This document shows, piece after piece, positions 28,475 through 38,347 of a DNA stretch of 53,420 bases. The position numbers were made by a program, and so were the translations under genes. A model generated the notes under the pieces. It searched no databases. It was given only the letters and a program-made list of their open reading frames with translations, and was not told the origin of the DNA. Origin of the DNA: Coriobacteriia bacterium (GTDB lineage: Bacteria > Actinomycetota > Coriobacteriia > Anaerosomatales > PALSA-660); contig DATCGP010000003.1 in assembly GCA_036508875.1 (NCBI GenBank), positions 1-53,420 of the forward strand, given 5' to 3'. Position 1 is the stretch's first letter; each line of letters opens with the position of its first letter.

Positions 28475-28963
28475 TCAGCGCTTGCGACGCCCGATGTGTT
28501 CCTCCAACAGGACCTCCAGCGGCTCACAGTCCGCATCGGCGACGTCGCGCCATGGGATGACGATGTAGTGCATGCGCGTCGTATGGAGCAGGAGCGACCC
28601 TCCGGCGGTGCGCCACCGGACGAACTCGCCCCATTCGGCGCGGGCGAGCCGGCCCGGCTGCGCGATCAGGACACCGACATCTTCGAAGGTCCACTCCGTC
28701 GGCTCGTAGATCTCCCGCGATGCGGGGCGGTAGGCGTTGTACGTCCCCGCAAGCCACGCGAACGCCGGGATGAGCAGGACCAGCCACACGAGCGTGAGCC
28801 CGAACCGGGTGTATGGTCCCGAGCCGGTGCTGAGCCCGATGGCGAGGCACACCGGTCCCACCGACATCGCCGAGATGCTCAGGGGCTTGCGCAGCACGAG
28901 CGAGCGAGAGACGCGCGCGACGTCCTTCTGCGTCAGAGTGCTGGTGGAGCGGATGGCGCTCAC
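28475..28963 (-). CDS. YcxB-like membrane protein
   Basis: Two TMs followed by WTFEDVGV...AEWGEFVRW...YIVIP; GTG start overlaps recO stop. Confidence 0.6.
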   Translation of the reverse strand: MSAIRSTSTLTQKDVARVSRSLVLRKPLSISAMSVGPVCLAIGLSTGSGPYTRFGLTLVWLVLLIPAFAWLAGTYNAYRPASREIYEPTEWTFEDVGVLIAQPGRLARAEWGEFVRWRTAGGSLLLHTTRMHYIVIPWRDVADADCEPLEVLLEEHIGRRKR

Positions 28964-29697
28964 CGTGCGCTCACGTAGGAGTCGAGCGCCCGGAGGCGCG
29001 CGGGCACGTGGAAGCCGACGTAGGCGCGCACCACGCGCAGCGCCTCGATCCGGGCCGCAGGCGAGACCTCGACGCCCGGCACCTCGCTCATGCGCGCCCG
29101 CATCAGCGTGCGCATGAGGGCGCGCGCGTCCGGGTCGAGCGCGAGCCCGCCGCTCCCGCACGCGGCGCACAGCGCACCGCCCGCTTCCACCGAGAACGAC
29201 ATGCCGGCACCGAGCGCGCCGCCGCACGATGCGCACGCGTCGAGCGCCGGCCTGTATCCGTGCATCGCGAGCGCTTTGAGCAGGAACGCCGAAACGAGCA
29301 GGTCGAGAGAGCCGACGGGCGCGTCATCCATCACCTCGAGTGTGACGACCGCCATGTCGAAGAGTTGCGGCTCCGCCTGTCCCTCGACCGAGATCTTGTC
29401 GAGCACGTCGAGCACCACGGAACCCGCGACCGCACGGTCGTAGTCGGCGCGGATGGCGTCGTGGGAGGCGACCGTCTCGGCCTCCGCGAGGATCTCGAGC
29501 GAGCGTCCCGTGTGCAGCAGGACATCCAGCACGGTGAACGGCTCCACCCGAGCGCCGAGCTTGCCACGCGGCTTTCGCGCGCCCTTCGCGACGGCGCGGA
29601 CCTGCCGCCCGTCGGCCGCGAGCAGGTTCAGGATCAGGTCGGTCTCGCCCAGCTTGGTCTTGCGCAGCACGAGGACCCTGAGGGGGTACGCGGGCAC
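28960..29697 (-). CDS. recO: DNA repair protein RecO
   Basis: VLRKTKLGETDLI, AVAKGARK, CASC...CAAC. Confidence 0.93.
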   Translation of the reverse strand: MPAYPLRVLVLRKTKLGETDLILNLLAADGRQVRAVAKGARKPRGKLGARVEPFTVLDVLLHTGRSLEILAEAETVASHDAIRADYDRAVAGSVVLDVLDKISVEGQAEPQLFDMAVVTLEVMDDAPVGSLDLLVSAFLLKALAMHGYRPALDACASCGGALGAGMSFSVEAGGALCAACGSGGLALDPDARALMRTLMRARMSEVPGVEVSPAARIEALRVVRAYVGFHVPARLRALDSYVSAR

Positions 29698-29706
29698 CCG
29701 GCCGCC

Positions 29707-30405
29707 TTACGACCCGGACCCGGCGGACCGGAGGGCCGAGACGATCTCAAGGCCGGCGGACGTGCCGATCCGCGACGCGCCGGCCTCGATCATCGACAGC
29801 GCGCTCGCGAGGTCGCGTATGCCGCCCGCGGCCTTCACGCCCGTCTGCGGTCCCACGGCGGCACGCATGAGGCGCACGTCCTCCACGCTCGCGCCCCTGG
29901 GACCGAAGCCGGTCGAGGTCTTCACGAAGTGGGCGCCGCCGCGTACGGCGGCGAGACACGCGGCGTGCATCTGTTCCGGCGTGAGGTAGCCGGTCTCGAG
30001 GATCACCTTGAGCAGGGCGTCGCCCGCGCTCTCGTCGGCCACCGCCTCCGCGACCGCCGCGACATCCGCCTCCGCACCCGCGAGGTCGCCCTCGAGGACC
30101 GCGCCGATGCGGATCACCATGTCGACCTCCTGCGCGCCGGCTGCGATCACGCGTCGCGCCTCGTCCGCCTTCGAGGCGGACAGGGCGTACCCGAGCGGGA
30201 ACGCCACCACCGTGCAGACGGCTGTGCTGGTGCCGGCCAGCATCGCCGCAGCGGCCGGGACCAGCGCCGGCATGACACATAGCGAGGCGAACCCCGCATC
30301 CCGCTGCGCTGCGATCCATTCCCGCCCGGCGGCGTCACCGGCCGTGGGTTTGAGCAGTGTCTGATCGATCATCGCCGCGAGTGTCCCGGCGTCCATGGCC
30401 ATCAC
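29707..30405 (-). CDS. deoC: Deoxyribose-phosphate aldolase
   Basis: IDQTLLKP, FPLG, EVDMV, KVILETG, FVKTSTGF, VKAAGGIR, RIGTS. Confidence 0.95.
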   Translation of the reverse strand: MMAMDAGTLAAMIDQTLLKPTAGDAAGREWIAAQRDAGFASLCVMPALVPAAAAMLAGTSTAVCTVVAFPLGYALSASKADEARRVIAAGAQEVDMVIRIGAVLEGDLAGAEADVAAVAEAVADESAGDALLKVILETGYLTPEQMHAACLAAVRGGAHFVKTSTGFGPRGASVEDVRLMRAAVGPQTGVKAAGGIRDLASALSMIEAGASRIGTSAGLEIVSALRSAGSGS

Positions 30406-31319
30406 AGTCCTTCACCGTATCCGAAGCGCTCGATCTGAGCGCCATCACTGCGCCAGTCTTTGCGAACCCTCACCGCAAGGTCGAGGTAGACCTTCGTGCC
30501 GAACAACGTCTCGAGGTCCTTGCGGGCCTCGGTCCCGATCCGTTTCACCATGGCGCCACCGGACCCCACGACGATCCCCTGCTGGCTCTCGCGCTCCACG
30601 TAGATCGTCGCGTGCACAATCGTCGTGCCCCGCTCCTCGTCGTACCGCAGCTCGTCGATCGCGGCTCCCACGGAGTGAGGGACCTCGTCGCGGGTATGCC
30701 ACAGCACCTTCTCTCGGATGAGCTCGGCGACGACGACCTCTTCAGGCTGGTCCGAGGTCATCTCCCGGGGGAAGAACCGCGGACCGATCGGCAGCATCGC
30801 GGACACGACCGCCACGAACCCTTCCAAGTTGAACCGCTCCTTGGCGGAGAGGACGATCACGTCGTCGAACGCGAGGAGCGCGCTGGCGTCCGCCACGCGC
30901 TTCTCTATCGGCACGGTGGACGGCAGGTCGGCCTTGGTCAGCACGAGCACGCGCTTGGCGGACGTGGCGGCCACGTGCGCGGCCACCCACCGGTCTCCCC
31001 CGCCGACCGGCTGCGAGAGGTCGACGACCATGCACGCGACGTCCACGTCCCGAAGCGCCATCAGCGCGCTCTTGTTGAGCTCCTCGCCCAGGGCGTCGTG
31101 GGGCTTGTGCAGTCCGGGCGTGTCGACCAGAACGATCTGCGAGTCCTCGGAGTCGAGGATGGCGCGAAGCCGGTGCCGCGTCGTCTGGGGCTTGTCCGAG
31201 ACGATCGCGACCTTCTGGCCGACCAGCGCGTTCACGAGCGTCGACTTGCCGGCGTTCGGCCTTCCCACCAGCGCGACGAACCCGCTGTGGACCCCCTCGT
31301 ATGCGGGCGCGTCGCTCAC
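30402..31319 (-). CDS. era: GTPase Era
   Basis: GRPNAGKST, KPQTTR, DTPGLH, KH domain. Confidence 0.96.
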   Translation of the reverse strand: MSDAPAYEGVHSGFVALVGRPNAGKSTLVNALVGQKVAIVSDKPQTTRHRLRAILDSEDSQIVLVDTPGLHKPHDALGEELNKSALMALRDVDVACMVVDLSQPVGGGDRWVAAHVAATSAKRVLVLTKADLPSTVPIEKRVADASALLAFDDVIVLSAKERFNLEGFVAVVSAMLPIGPRFFPREMTSDQPEEVVVAELIREKVLWHTRDEVPHSVGAAIDELRYDEERGTTIVHATIYVERESQQGIVVGSGGAMVKRIGTEARKDLETLFGTKVYLDLAVRVRKDWRSDGAQIERFGYGEGL

Positions 31320-31738
31320 GGGCGGGACGCGTCTTGGTCGAGGTAACCGCGCACGAACGCATCAGGGAACAGGTCGTCGAGGCTCGAGACCCGCACGTGC
31401 TCGCTCCGCGCGCCCATCACGACGCGCATCTCCGGATTGAACTCCGCCAGGAACTGCCGGCACGCACCGCACGGGACGGTCGGGTCCTCGGAGTCCCCCA
31501 CGACCGCGATCGCGTCGAAGAACGTGTTGCCGGCGAGCACCGCGGCCATCGCGGCCCCCCGCTCCGCGCACACCGTGGATCCGTACGCCGCGTTCTCGAC
31601 GTTGCATCCCTGGTAGATCTCGCCGCCGGCGTAGATCGCCGCTCCCACGCGGAAGTTCGAGTACGGCGCGTACGCCTTCTCCTGCGCCTCGCGGGCGAAG
31701 GCGAGCAACGCCAGGTCGGCCTTCGTGGTCTCGGTCAT
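31316..31738 (-). CDS. cdd: Cytidine deaminase
   Basis: AYAPYSNFRVGAA, CAER, PCGACRQ. Confidence 0.95.
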   Translation of the reverse strand: MTETTKADLALLAFAREAQEKAYAPYSNFRVGAAIYAGGEIYQGCNVENAAYGSTVCAERGAAMAAVLAGNTFFDAIAVVGDSEDPTVPCGACRQFLAEFNPEMRVVMGARSEHVRVSSLDDLFPDAFVRGYLDQDASRP

Positions 31739-33015
31739 TCGCGTGCCTCCTCGTCCTCATGGGGCGGGACCAGTTCGACGACGAGCTGCCGGACCCGGTT
31801 GCCCTCCATCTTCTCGACAGTGAAGCGCAGACCCTGCACCTCGACCGACTCCCCCGCTTGCGGGATGTGGCCTGCCAGCTCGGTGAACAGCCCGCCGGCG
31901 GTGTCTCCCTCGACCTCCAGCACGGTGCCGAACAGCTCGTCGAGGTCATCGATGCTCATGCGGGCGTCCATACGCACGCGTCCGTCCGGGAGCGTCGTGA
32001 CCATCGCGACCTGCGGGTCGTACTCGTCGTAGATCTCGCCAACGATCTCCTCGAGCAGGTCCTCGATCGTCACAAGCCCCGCGGTGCCGCCGTACTCGTC
32101 CGCCACGATCGCGATGTGCGTGCGGCGGCGCATCTCGCGCAACAGCTCGTCCACCGGCTTCGTCTCGGGAACGAACAGCGCCGGGCGCACCAGGTCCGCG
32201 GGCCGCACGCCCTCCTCCGGTCCGGCCAGGGCCGGCAGCAGGTCCTTCGCGTAGAGGATGCCGCGGATGTCGTCGAGCGTGTCGTGATAGACCGGCATCC
32301 GCGACACACCCGCGGCGGTTATCGCGGCGAGCGCCTCGGTCAGCGTCGCGGTGTCCTCGATCGCGATCATGTCAGTTCGGGGCACCATGACTTCGCGAGC
32401 CACCTTGTCCTCCAGGCCCGCGACCGCATCGAGGATCGCCTCGGCCTCGTCGCTCGTTTGGGACTCCTCGTCACCCGCGCGGTAGCCATCGCCCAGCTCC
32501 GCCCACGGCACGTCCGGGCCACGTTCGCCCGTGACAAGGCGGGTCGCGGCGGTCCACGGCGCGGACAGCGCTCGCGCCAGCGGGTAGAAGATCGCCGTGA
32601 CCAACCGCGCCGCCGGTGCGACCGCGAGCCCGACGTCCTCCGGGTTGGCGGTCACCATCGCCCGCGGCAGCGCCTCGCCGAGCATGAAGACCACCGCGGC
32701 GCCGACCACGACGCTCAGTGCCGCGTCCGCCCACGCCGGAACGCCGAGCCAAACCGTCTCCAGCGTCCACGCAGACGCGGAAGCGGCCGCGGCGAACGTG
32801 AGCCCGGCAACGAGCGCGTGTGCCGCGCCAAGGTGACTGGGACGCTCGGCCAGGACATCCAGCTGCACCGCGCCGCGCGCCGATGTCTCCCGCAACCGCC
32901 GGACCCGCTGGGGGGTCACAGCGCTCACGGCGAGCTCGGCCGCGCTGACGACGAAGCAGGAGGCGACGCCGAGTACGAGGACGGCGACGGCGATCAGTGT
33001 CGAGACGACGGCCAT
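31735..33015 (-). CDS. CNNM/DUF21-CBS-CorC (hemolysin-family) protein
   Basis: [44 protein letters not shown]. Confidence 0.9.
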   Translation of the reverse strand: MAVVSTLIAVAVLVLGVASCFVVSAAELAVSAVTPQRVRRLRETSARGAVQLDVLAERPSHLGAAHALVAGLTFAAAASASAWTLETVWLGVPAWADAALSVVVGAAVVFMLGEALPRAMVTANPEDVGLAVAPAARLVTAIFYPLARALSAPWTAATRLVTGERGPDVPWAELGDGYRAGDEESQTSDEAEAILDAVAGLEDKVAREVMVPRTDMIAIEDTATLTEALAAITAAGVSRMPVYHDTLDDIRGILYAKDLLPALAGPEEGVRPADLVRPALFVPETKPVDELLREMRRRTHIAIVADEYGGTAGLVTIEDLLEEIVGEIYDEYDPQVAMVTTLPDGRVRMDARMSIDDLDELFGTVLEVEGDTAGGLFTELAGHIPQAGESVEVQGLRFTVEKMEGNRVRQLVVELVPPHEDEEARE

Positions 33016-33085
33016 GTGCTCCTCCACGGACTGTCATGGCTGCCGCGGACCGGCCTGTGTGGCCGCGATGAGCGGCAGTTCCCGT

Positions 33086-33787
33086 TCAGAATATCTGAAA
33101 GACCGCCGTCGCGAGCAGCAAGCCGAGCAACGCGCCCAGAACGGTCTGCGGGATCGAGTGGGCTCCAGACTCCACGCGGCTCTGCGCGACGAGCACGGCG
33201 ATGAACAGCGCGAGCACCATCGCCTTCGCGGAGGAGGTCGCGTACCCGATGGCCGACGCTGCAGCGAAGGCGAGCGCGGTGTGGCCACTGGGCCAACCTC
33301 CATGAAGGAACGACGTGCCCTCCTCTTGTCTGACCGCCTTGACGATGAGCACGCCGATGCTGGTCAACGCGAGCGCCATCACTGTGATCGTCGCGTCCGC
33401 GGCATGGACGAACTGCAGGCCGACCTCGGCGACCGGGACGAGCCGGTCGACGAACACCACGTACCCGACCGCCAGCGCCGTCACGGCCGAGACGAGCACC
33501 GCGCCGGCGGCCACGTCCTTCGCTATCGCAGCCAGCGGGTCGTACCCCTCGGTGGTCAGATCGACCACGGCCTCGATCGCGGTGTTCAAGAGCTCGCTCA
33601 CGATGACGAACCCGACTGCGAGCAACAGGGCGACGAGCTCGAGGTTCTGCACCCCCAGCGCGAGCGCCAGCACGAACACGAGGACCGCCGCGCCCACGTG
33701 GATGCGCACGTTGCGCTGGGTGCGCAACCCGTGGACGATCCCGCGGATCGCATAATTGAAAGACCACAGGATGGAGCCGCTTCGCAC
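33086..33787 (-). CDS. DgkA-family (diacylglycerol/undecaprenol) kinase fused to PAP2 domain
   Basis: SFNYAIRG, ELLNTAIEAVVD, AKDVAAGAV; PSGH...SRV...H PAP2 motifs. Confidence 0.88.
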   Translation of the reverse strand: MRSGSILWSFNYAIRGIVHGLRTQRNVRIHVGAAVLVFVLALALGVQNLELVALLLAVGFVIVSELLNTAIEAVVDLTTEGYDPLAAIAKDVAAGAVLVSAVTALAVGYVVFVDRLVPVAEVGLQFVHAADATITVMALALTSIGVLIVKAVRQEEGTSFLHGGWPSGHTALAFAAASAIGYATSSAKAMVLALFIAVLVAQSRVESGAHSIPQTVLGALLGLLLATAVFQIF

Positions 33788-33799
33788 GGGGTCGCCGAC

Positions 33800-34249
33800 C
33801 TATCGCTCAGCGTTGGCCCACGCCGCGAGGACCGCTCGCTCGCGGGCCTGCATGACGGCGGCGTCCTCGTCGCTGTCATGGTCGTAGCCGAGAAGGTGGA
33901 GTACTCCGTGCACCAAGAGCAGATCGAGCTCGGACTCGACGGTCGTGCCAAGGTCGATGGCCTGAGACTGAGCGACCTCGGGCGCGATGACGACGTCACC
34001 GATGGCGATCGGCTCGTCCGAGTCCACCGGCTCTGGGTCGTCGCAGCCGAACGACAGCACGTCGGTCGGCCCCTCCACCCCGCGGTATGAGAGGTTGAGC
34101 TTCGCGATCTCATCGGGGTCCACGAGGGCCACCGACAGCTCGACCGCGTCCGGGGCGTCCTCCATCCGCAGGACGAAGACCGCCAGCGATTCGAAGGCGT
34201 CCAGGGCGAGCGGCTCGGCGTCCCGGTTAGAGCTGACTCTCACCAACAT
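33800..34249 (-). CDS. ybeY: rRNA maturation endoribonuclease YbeY
   Basis: PTDVLSF, GDVVI, HGVLHLLGYDH. Confidence 0.95.
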   Translation of the reverse strand: MLVRVSSNRDAEPLALDAFESLAVFVLRMEDAPDAVELSVALVDPDEIAKLNLSYRGVEGPTDVLSFGCDDPEPVDSDEPIAIGDVVIAPEVAQSQAIDLGTTVESELDLLLVHGVLHLLGYDHDSDEDAAVMQARERAVLAAWANAER

Positions 34250-35243
34250 CTTCGGTCCCTTCTGAGGGGGTCTGCGGGTATTCCGCGCGGGTGTGGCGCT
34301 GACCCGAGAGCATCCTGCTGAACACGACCACTGCCGCCTCCGTGTCGGCGGCGCTCATCCCCGAGTCTGCGAGCTGCCCGTCCGCGCGCTTCGATTCGAC
34401 GATGCGCCGCACGGCTGACTCGATCTGCACCGGGCCGCTGTCCGCCAGTGCCCTCCCCGCGGCCTCAGCGGCGTCGGCAAGCATGACGATGGCCGCCTCG
34501 CGCGACTGCGGGATCGTCCCTGGATACCGGAACGGCGCCTCGTTCACGACCAACCCCCCCGCAGTGGCCTTGCGGTAGAAGAACGTCACCAACGACGACC
34601 CATGGTGATGCGCGACGATGTCGATGACCGGCTGCGGCAGCCGCGCGCGGGTGGCGCGCTCGACGCCGTCCTGGACGTGAGCGATGATCACCATCGCGCT
34701 CTGCTCGGGCCGCGCCACGTCGTGAGGGTTGTGGGTGCCCATCTGGTTCTCGGCGAAGAACTTGGGCCGGTCGATCTTGCCGACATCGTGGTAGTACGCC
34801 CCCGCGCGAGCCAGCAGCGCGTTCGCCCCGATCTCGTGAGCGACCGCCTCCGCCATCGCGCCGGTCATGATCGAATGGTTGTAGGTACCCGGGGCCGCCT
34901 CCATCAGGTCGCGCAGCAGCGGAGCGCCCGGGTCGCACAGCTCGAGCAGGCGGATGTCGTCCCCGAGGCCGGACAGCCGCCCGACCAGCGGCAGCGCAGC
35001 GAAGGCGGTCGCGACCGCGATGACGCCTCCGACCACCCCGATCGCGAGGTCCGCGAGAGTCTCGCCCGCAAGCCATCCGAGTGCGTAGGCGCCCAGTGAG
35101 AAGACTCCGAGCGTGAGCATCGCGATGGTCAACGCGATGGACGAGAGGCGGAAGACCTCGCCGACGATGCGCCGGCCCTCCACGGTCGCCATGATGCCGC
35201 GACGGGGCCAGAACCGCTCGAAACGGGGCTTCGCGTCAGGCAT
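34227..35243 (-). CDS. HDIG phosphohydrolase (shortened PgpH-like)
   Basis: APGTYNHS, YYHDVGK, HHG, FRYPG, MLAD; located between phoH and ybeY. Confidence 0.8.
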   Translation of the reverse strand: MPDAKPRFERFWPRRGIMATVEGRRIVGEVFRLSSIALTIAMLTLGVFSLGAYALGWLAGETLADLAIGVVGGVIAVATAFAALPLVGRLSGLGDDIRLLELCDPGAPLLRDLMEAAPGTYNHSIMTGAMAEAVAHEIGANALLARAGAYYHDVGKIDRPKFFAENQMGTHNPHDVARPEQSAMVIIAHVQDGVERATRARLPQPVIDIVAHHHGSSLVTFFYRKATAGGLVVNEAPFRYPGTIPQSREAAIVMLADAAEAAGRALADSGPVQIESAVRRIVESKRADGQLADSGMSAADTEAAVVVFSRMLSGQRHTRAEYPQTPSEGTEDVGESQL

Positions 35244-36243
35244 GGCTCTCGTTCGTGGCGCCGCGGGCGTCAGCGGCGCTCCTCGCGGCGTTGCGTGCCT
35301 CGTCGTACCTGCTGTACGCGGTCACGATGTGCTGGACGAGCTTGTGCCGCACGACGTCCCGGCTCTCGAGGTCGACGAACTCGAGGTCCTGGACTCCGTC
35401 GAGGATGTCCCGCACCTGTCGCAGTCCGGACGTGCCGGCCGGCAGGTCGATCTGGGTGACGTCACCGGTGATGACCACCTTCGAGCCGAAGCCCAGGCGG
35501 GTCAGGAACATCTTCATCTGCTCGGGGCTCGTGTTCTGGGCTTCGTCGAGAACGACGAAGGAGTCGTTGAGCGTGCGCCCTCGCATGAACGCGAGCGGAG
35601 CGACCTCGATGACCCCGCGCTCCGTCAGCGACGTCGACTTCTCGATGTCCATCATGTCGAAGAGCGCGTCGTACAGCGGGCGCAGGTACGGGTCCACCTT
35701 CTCGAACAGGTTGCCGGGCAGGTAGCCCAGCTTCTCCCCCGCCTCCACCGCAGGCCGCGTCAGGATGATCCGGCCGACATCCTTGCGCTTGAGAGCGTCC
35801 ACGGCCATAGCCATGGCGAGATAGGTCTTACCGGTGCCGGCCGGACCGATCCCGAAAGTGATCGTGTTCTTCCGGATCGCGTCGACGTAGCGCTTCTGGC
35901 CCGCCGTCTTGGGCCTGATCGTCTTGCCGCGGTGGGTCAGGATGACGTCGGAGAACACCTTGACCGGGCTGAATTCCCCGCGTTTGAGCATGTCGATGCT
36001 GCGGTCGATCGCCTCGGGAGTCAGGGGCTGGCCGCCCTCGACGAGCTGCAGCATCTCGGTGAACAGAGCGGAGACCGCCTGTGCCTCCTGGGGTTCTCCG
36101 GCGATGGTGATCTCGTTCCCGCGGACGCGGATGTCGGCCTCGAACTGGTCCTCGATCAGCTTGAGCAGGTGGTCACCCTGGCCGAGCAGATCGAGCATGT
36201 CGCGGCCGTCGGGCACGACCAGACGGATCTCGGACTGTGACAA
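35236..36243 (-). CDS. phoH: PhoH-family ATPase
   Basis: GPAGTGKTYLA, RPAVEAGE, MRGRTL, DEAQN. Confidence 0.93.
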   Translation of the reverse strand: MSQSEIRLVVPDGRDMLDLLGQGDHLLKLIEDQFEADIRVRGNEITIAGEPQEAQAVSALFTEMLQLVEGGQPLTPEAIDRSIDMLKRGEFSPVKVFSDVILTHRGKTIRPKTAGQKRYVDAIRKNTITFGIGPAGTGKTYLAMAMAVDALKRKDVGRIILTRPAVEAGEKLGYLPGNLFEKVDPYLRPLYDALFDMMDIEKSTSLTERGVIEVAPLAFMRGRTLNDSFVVLDEAQNTSPEQMKMFLTRLGFGSKVVITGDVTQIDLPAGTSGLRQVRDILDGVQDLEFVDLESRDVVRHKLVQHIVTAYSRYDEARNAARSAADARGATNESHA

Positions 36244-36273
36244 GAGGCGCTCCTTCGTGTGCGTTGACGCGCG

Positions 36274-37578
36274 TCAGACCCTGGCGCGCGTCTCTTCTAC
36301 ATAGTACCCGCGTAGACTGCCGTCGTCGTCGAGCCCGAGTCTGACCGGGACCAGATCGCCCGCGTGCGCATCCGGGTAGCACACGGTCACCCGCAGGTGG
36401 TCTCCGGTCGTGCCGTGGGCGACACCCTCTCTGACCGCCTCCACGAGCAGGTCGGCGCCCTGGCCGTCACGGCCGGCCGCGTACGCGGTCTCCAACGCCC
36501 CGCCGAGTTCGCGCAGCGCCCGCGCCCGCTCCGCCTTCACCGGCGCGGCGACCTGGCCGTCCGTCGACGCCGCGGGCGTACCGGCGCGCTTCGAGTAGCG
36601 GAAGACGTGCAGCTTCGCGAACCCGCAACGGGCCACGAACGCGAGGGAGTCCGCTGCGTCCGCGTCGGTCTCGCCAGGGAAGCCGGCGATCACGTCGGTG
36701 GTGACGGCCACGCCGGGGAGCGCGGCACGGGCCCGTGCCAGCGCGTCCGCGTACGCTCGCGTGTCGTACCGTCGGCCCATGCGTGAGAGCGTCCGGTCGC
36801 TGCCTGACTGCAGCGGGACGTGAAGGTGCGGCGCGACCGCCGCGGTGCGCCCGAGCACACGCAGGAACCGCTCGGTCAGGTCCGGTGGCTCGATCGACGA
36901 GAGCCGGATGCGCGCGATGCCAGTCTTTGCGAGGAGCTCGATCAGCGCGGCCAGGTCCGGTGCGGCCGCCCCGTCCGTGTAGCGCCCCAGGTTCACACCG
37001 GTCAGCACGATCTCAGCGGTCCCGGCGACACAAAGCGCCTCGACGCGCCGCAGGATCTCCGCCGCCGCAACGCTGCGCGACAGTCCGCGCGCATCCGGCA
37101 CGATGCAGTAGGCGCACCGGTTGTCGCAGCCGTCCTGGACCTTCACCAGCGCGCGCGTCCGGAAGGTGCCGCATGCGCCGCTCGCGGTCCCGAACACCGT
37201 CGCCAGCTGCTTCCCGCCGGACGCATCCCCCACGCCCACGATGCCCGCGACGGTGGCGCGCAACGACTCGCGGTCGCAGACCACCACGACCCGGTCTCCG
37301 AGAGCCCTCAACATCTCGGCTTCGAGGGCTGCGAGGCACCCGGTCACCACGACCGTCCCCTGCGTCGCCGCGAGCGCCCGGCGCACCTCCTTGCGCGCCT
37401 TCGCGTCGGCCTCGGCCGTCACCGTGCACGTGTTGACGACGATGGTACCGGTGGGCCCCGGGTCCTCCCCCACAGCCACGCCGAGCGACCTCAGGGATTC
37501 CGCGAGCGACTCGCTCTCCGCGCGGTTCACCTTGCATCCGAGCGTGCGAAGCGCCACGCGCGGCGCGTCAGCGGCCAC
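36274..37578 (-). CDS. mtaB: MtaB-like tRNA methylthiotransferase (radical SAM)
   Basis: TLGCKVN, NTCTVT, KVQDGCDNRCAYC, HVPLQSG; start approximate. Confidence 0.85.
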   Translation of the reverse strand: MAADAPRVALRTLGCKVNRAESESLAESLRSLGVAVGEDPGPTGTIVVNTCTVTAEADAKARKEVRRALAATQGTVVVTGCLAALEAEMLRALGDRVVVVCDRESLRATVAGIVGVGDASGGKQLATVFGTASGACGTFRTRALVKVQDGCDNRCAYCIVPDARGLSRSVAAAEILRRVEALCVAGTAEIVLTGVNLGRYTDGAAAPDLAALIELLAKTGIARIRLSSIEPPDLTERFLRVLGRTAAVAPHLHVPLQSGSDRTLSRMGRRYDTRAYADALARARAALPGVAVTTDVIAGFPGETDADAADSLAFVARCGFAKLHVFRYSKRAGTPAASTDGQVAAPVKAERARALRELGGALETAYAAGRDGQGADLLVEAVREGVAHGTTGDHLRVTVCYPDAHAGDLVPVRLGLDDDGSLRGYYVEETRARV

Positions 37579-38344
37579 GGCCACCCAGCGATCCGAGTTC
37601 GTATTCGAGCAAGGCAACCACCACGATCGCCGCGGTCTCCGTGCGCAGGATGGTGTCACCGAGTGTCACGATCACGCCCCCCGCGGCCTCGAGGGCGGTT
37701 ACCTCCGAAGCGGTCAGCCCGCCTTCGGGACCGACCACCACTGCGACCGTGGTCCGGGCGGTCGCGCCTCCGTCCTCCAGCGCGGCGCCGATCCCCAACC
37801 CCTCTGACGACGCCTCCTCCCACGGCACGAGGACGATCTCGAACCGTCCGGCCTTCGCAGCGAACTCCCCGACAGAGAGGGGCTCCCGGACCAGGGGGAC
37901 GTCGATGCGTTGTGACTGCTTCGCAGCCTCCTCGGCGATCCGCCGCCAGCGTTCGGCGCGCCGTCCCACGCGTTCGTCATCGAGGCGCACGACGCAGCGT
38001 TCGGTCATGAGGGGCCATATCTCGCTCACCCCGAGCTCCGTGGCCTTCTGGATCGCCATCTCCATGCGCTCCCGGCGTGAGACCGCCAGGGCGAGCACGA
38101 CGCGCGGTCGCGGCGGGCGAAGCGCGGGCTCCTCGACGTAGGCGCGCACCATCGTCGGCGACACCTCCACGAGGGTCGCCTCGGCTTCCGCGCCGTCCGG
38201 ATCCACGACCATGATGCGGTCCCCCGCCACGAGCCGGAGCACGCGGGACAGGTGGTGCAGGTCACCCTCGCTCAACGGGAGGACCATCCCGGTCGCCGGT
38301 GCCGGCCCGAGCGTGTCACTCAGGAAGAAGCGATGCAGAGACAC
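37568..38344 (-). CDS. rsmE: 16S rRNA m3U1498 methyltransferase
   Basis: HLSRVLRL, QKATELGV, EAAKQS, GPEGG, ILRTETA. Confidence 0.95.
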   Translation of the reverse strand: MSLHRFFLSDTLGPAPATGMVLPLSEGDLHHLSRVLRLVAGDRIMVVDPDGAEAEATLVEVSPTMVRAYVEEPALRPPRPRVVLALAVSRRERMEMAIQKATELGVSEIWPLMTERCVVRLDDERVGRRAERWRRIAEEAAKQSQRIDVPLVREPLSVGEFAAKAGRFEIVLVPWEEASSEGLGIGAALEDGGATARTTVAVVVGPEGGLTASEVTALEAAGGVIVTLGDTILRTETAAIVVVALLEYELGSLGGRGR

Positions 38345-38347
38345 CGG

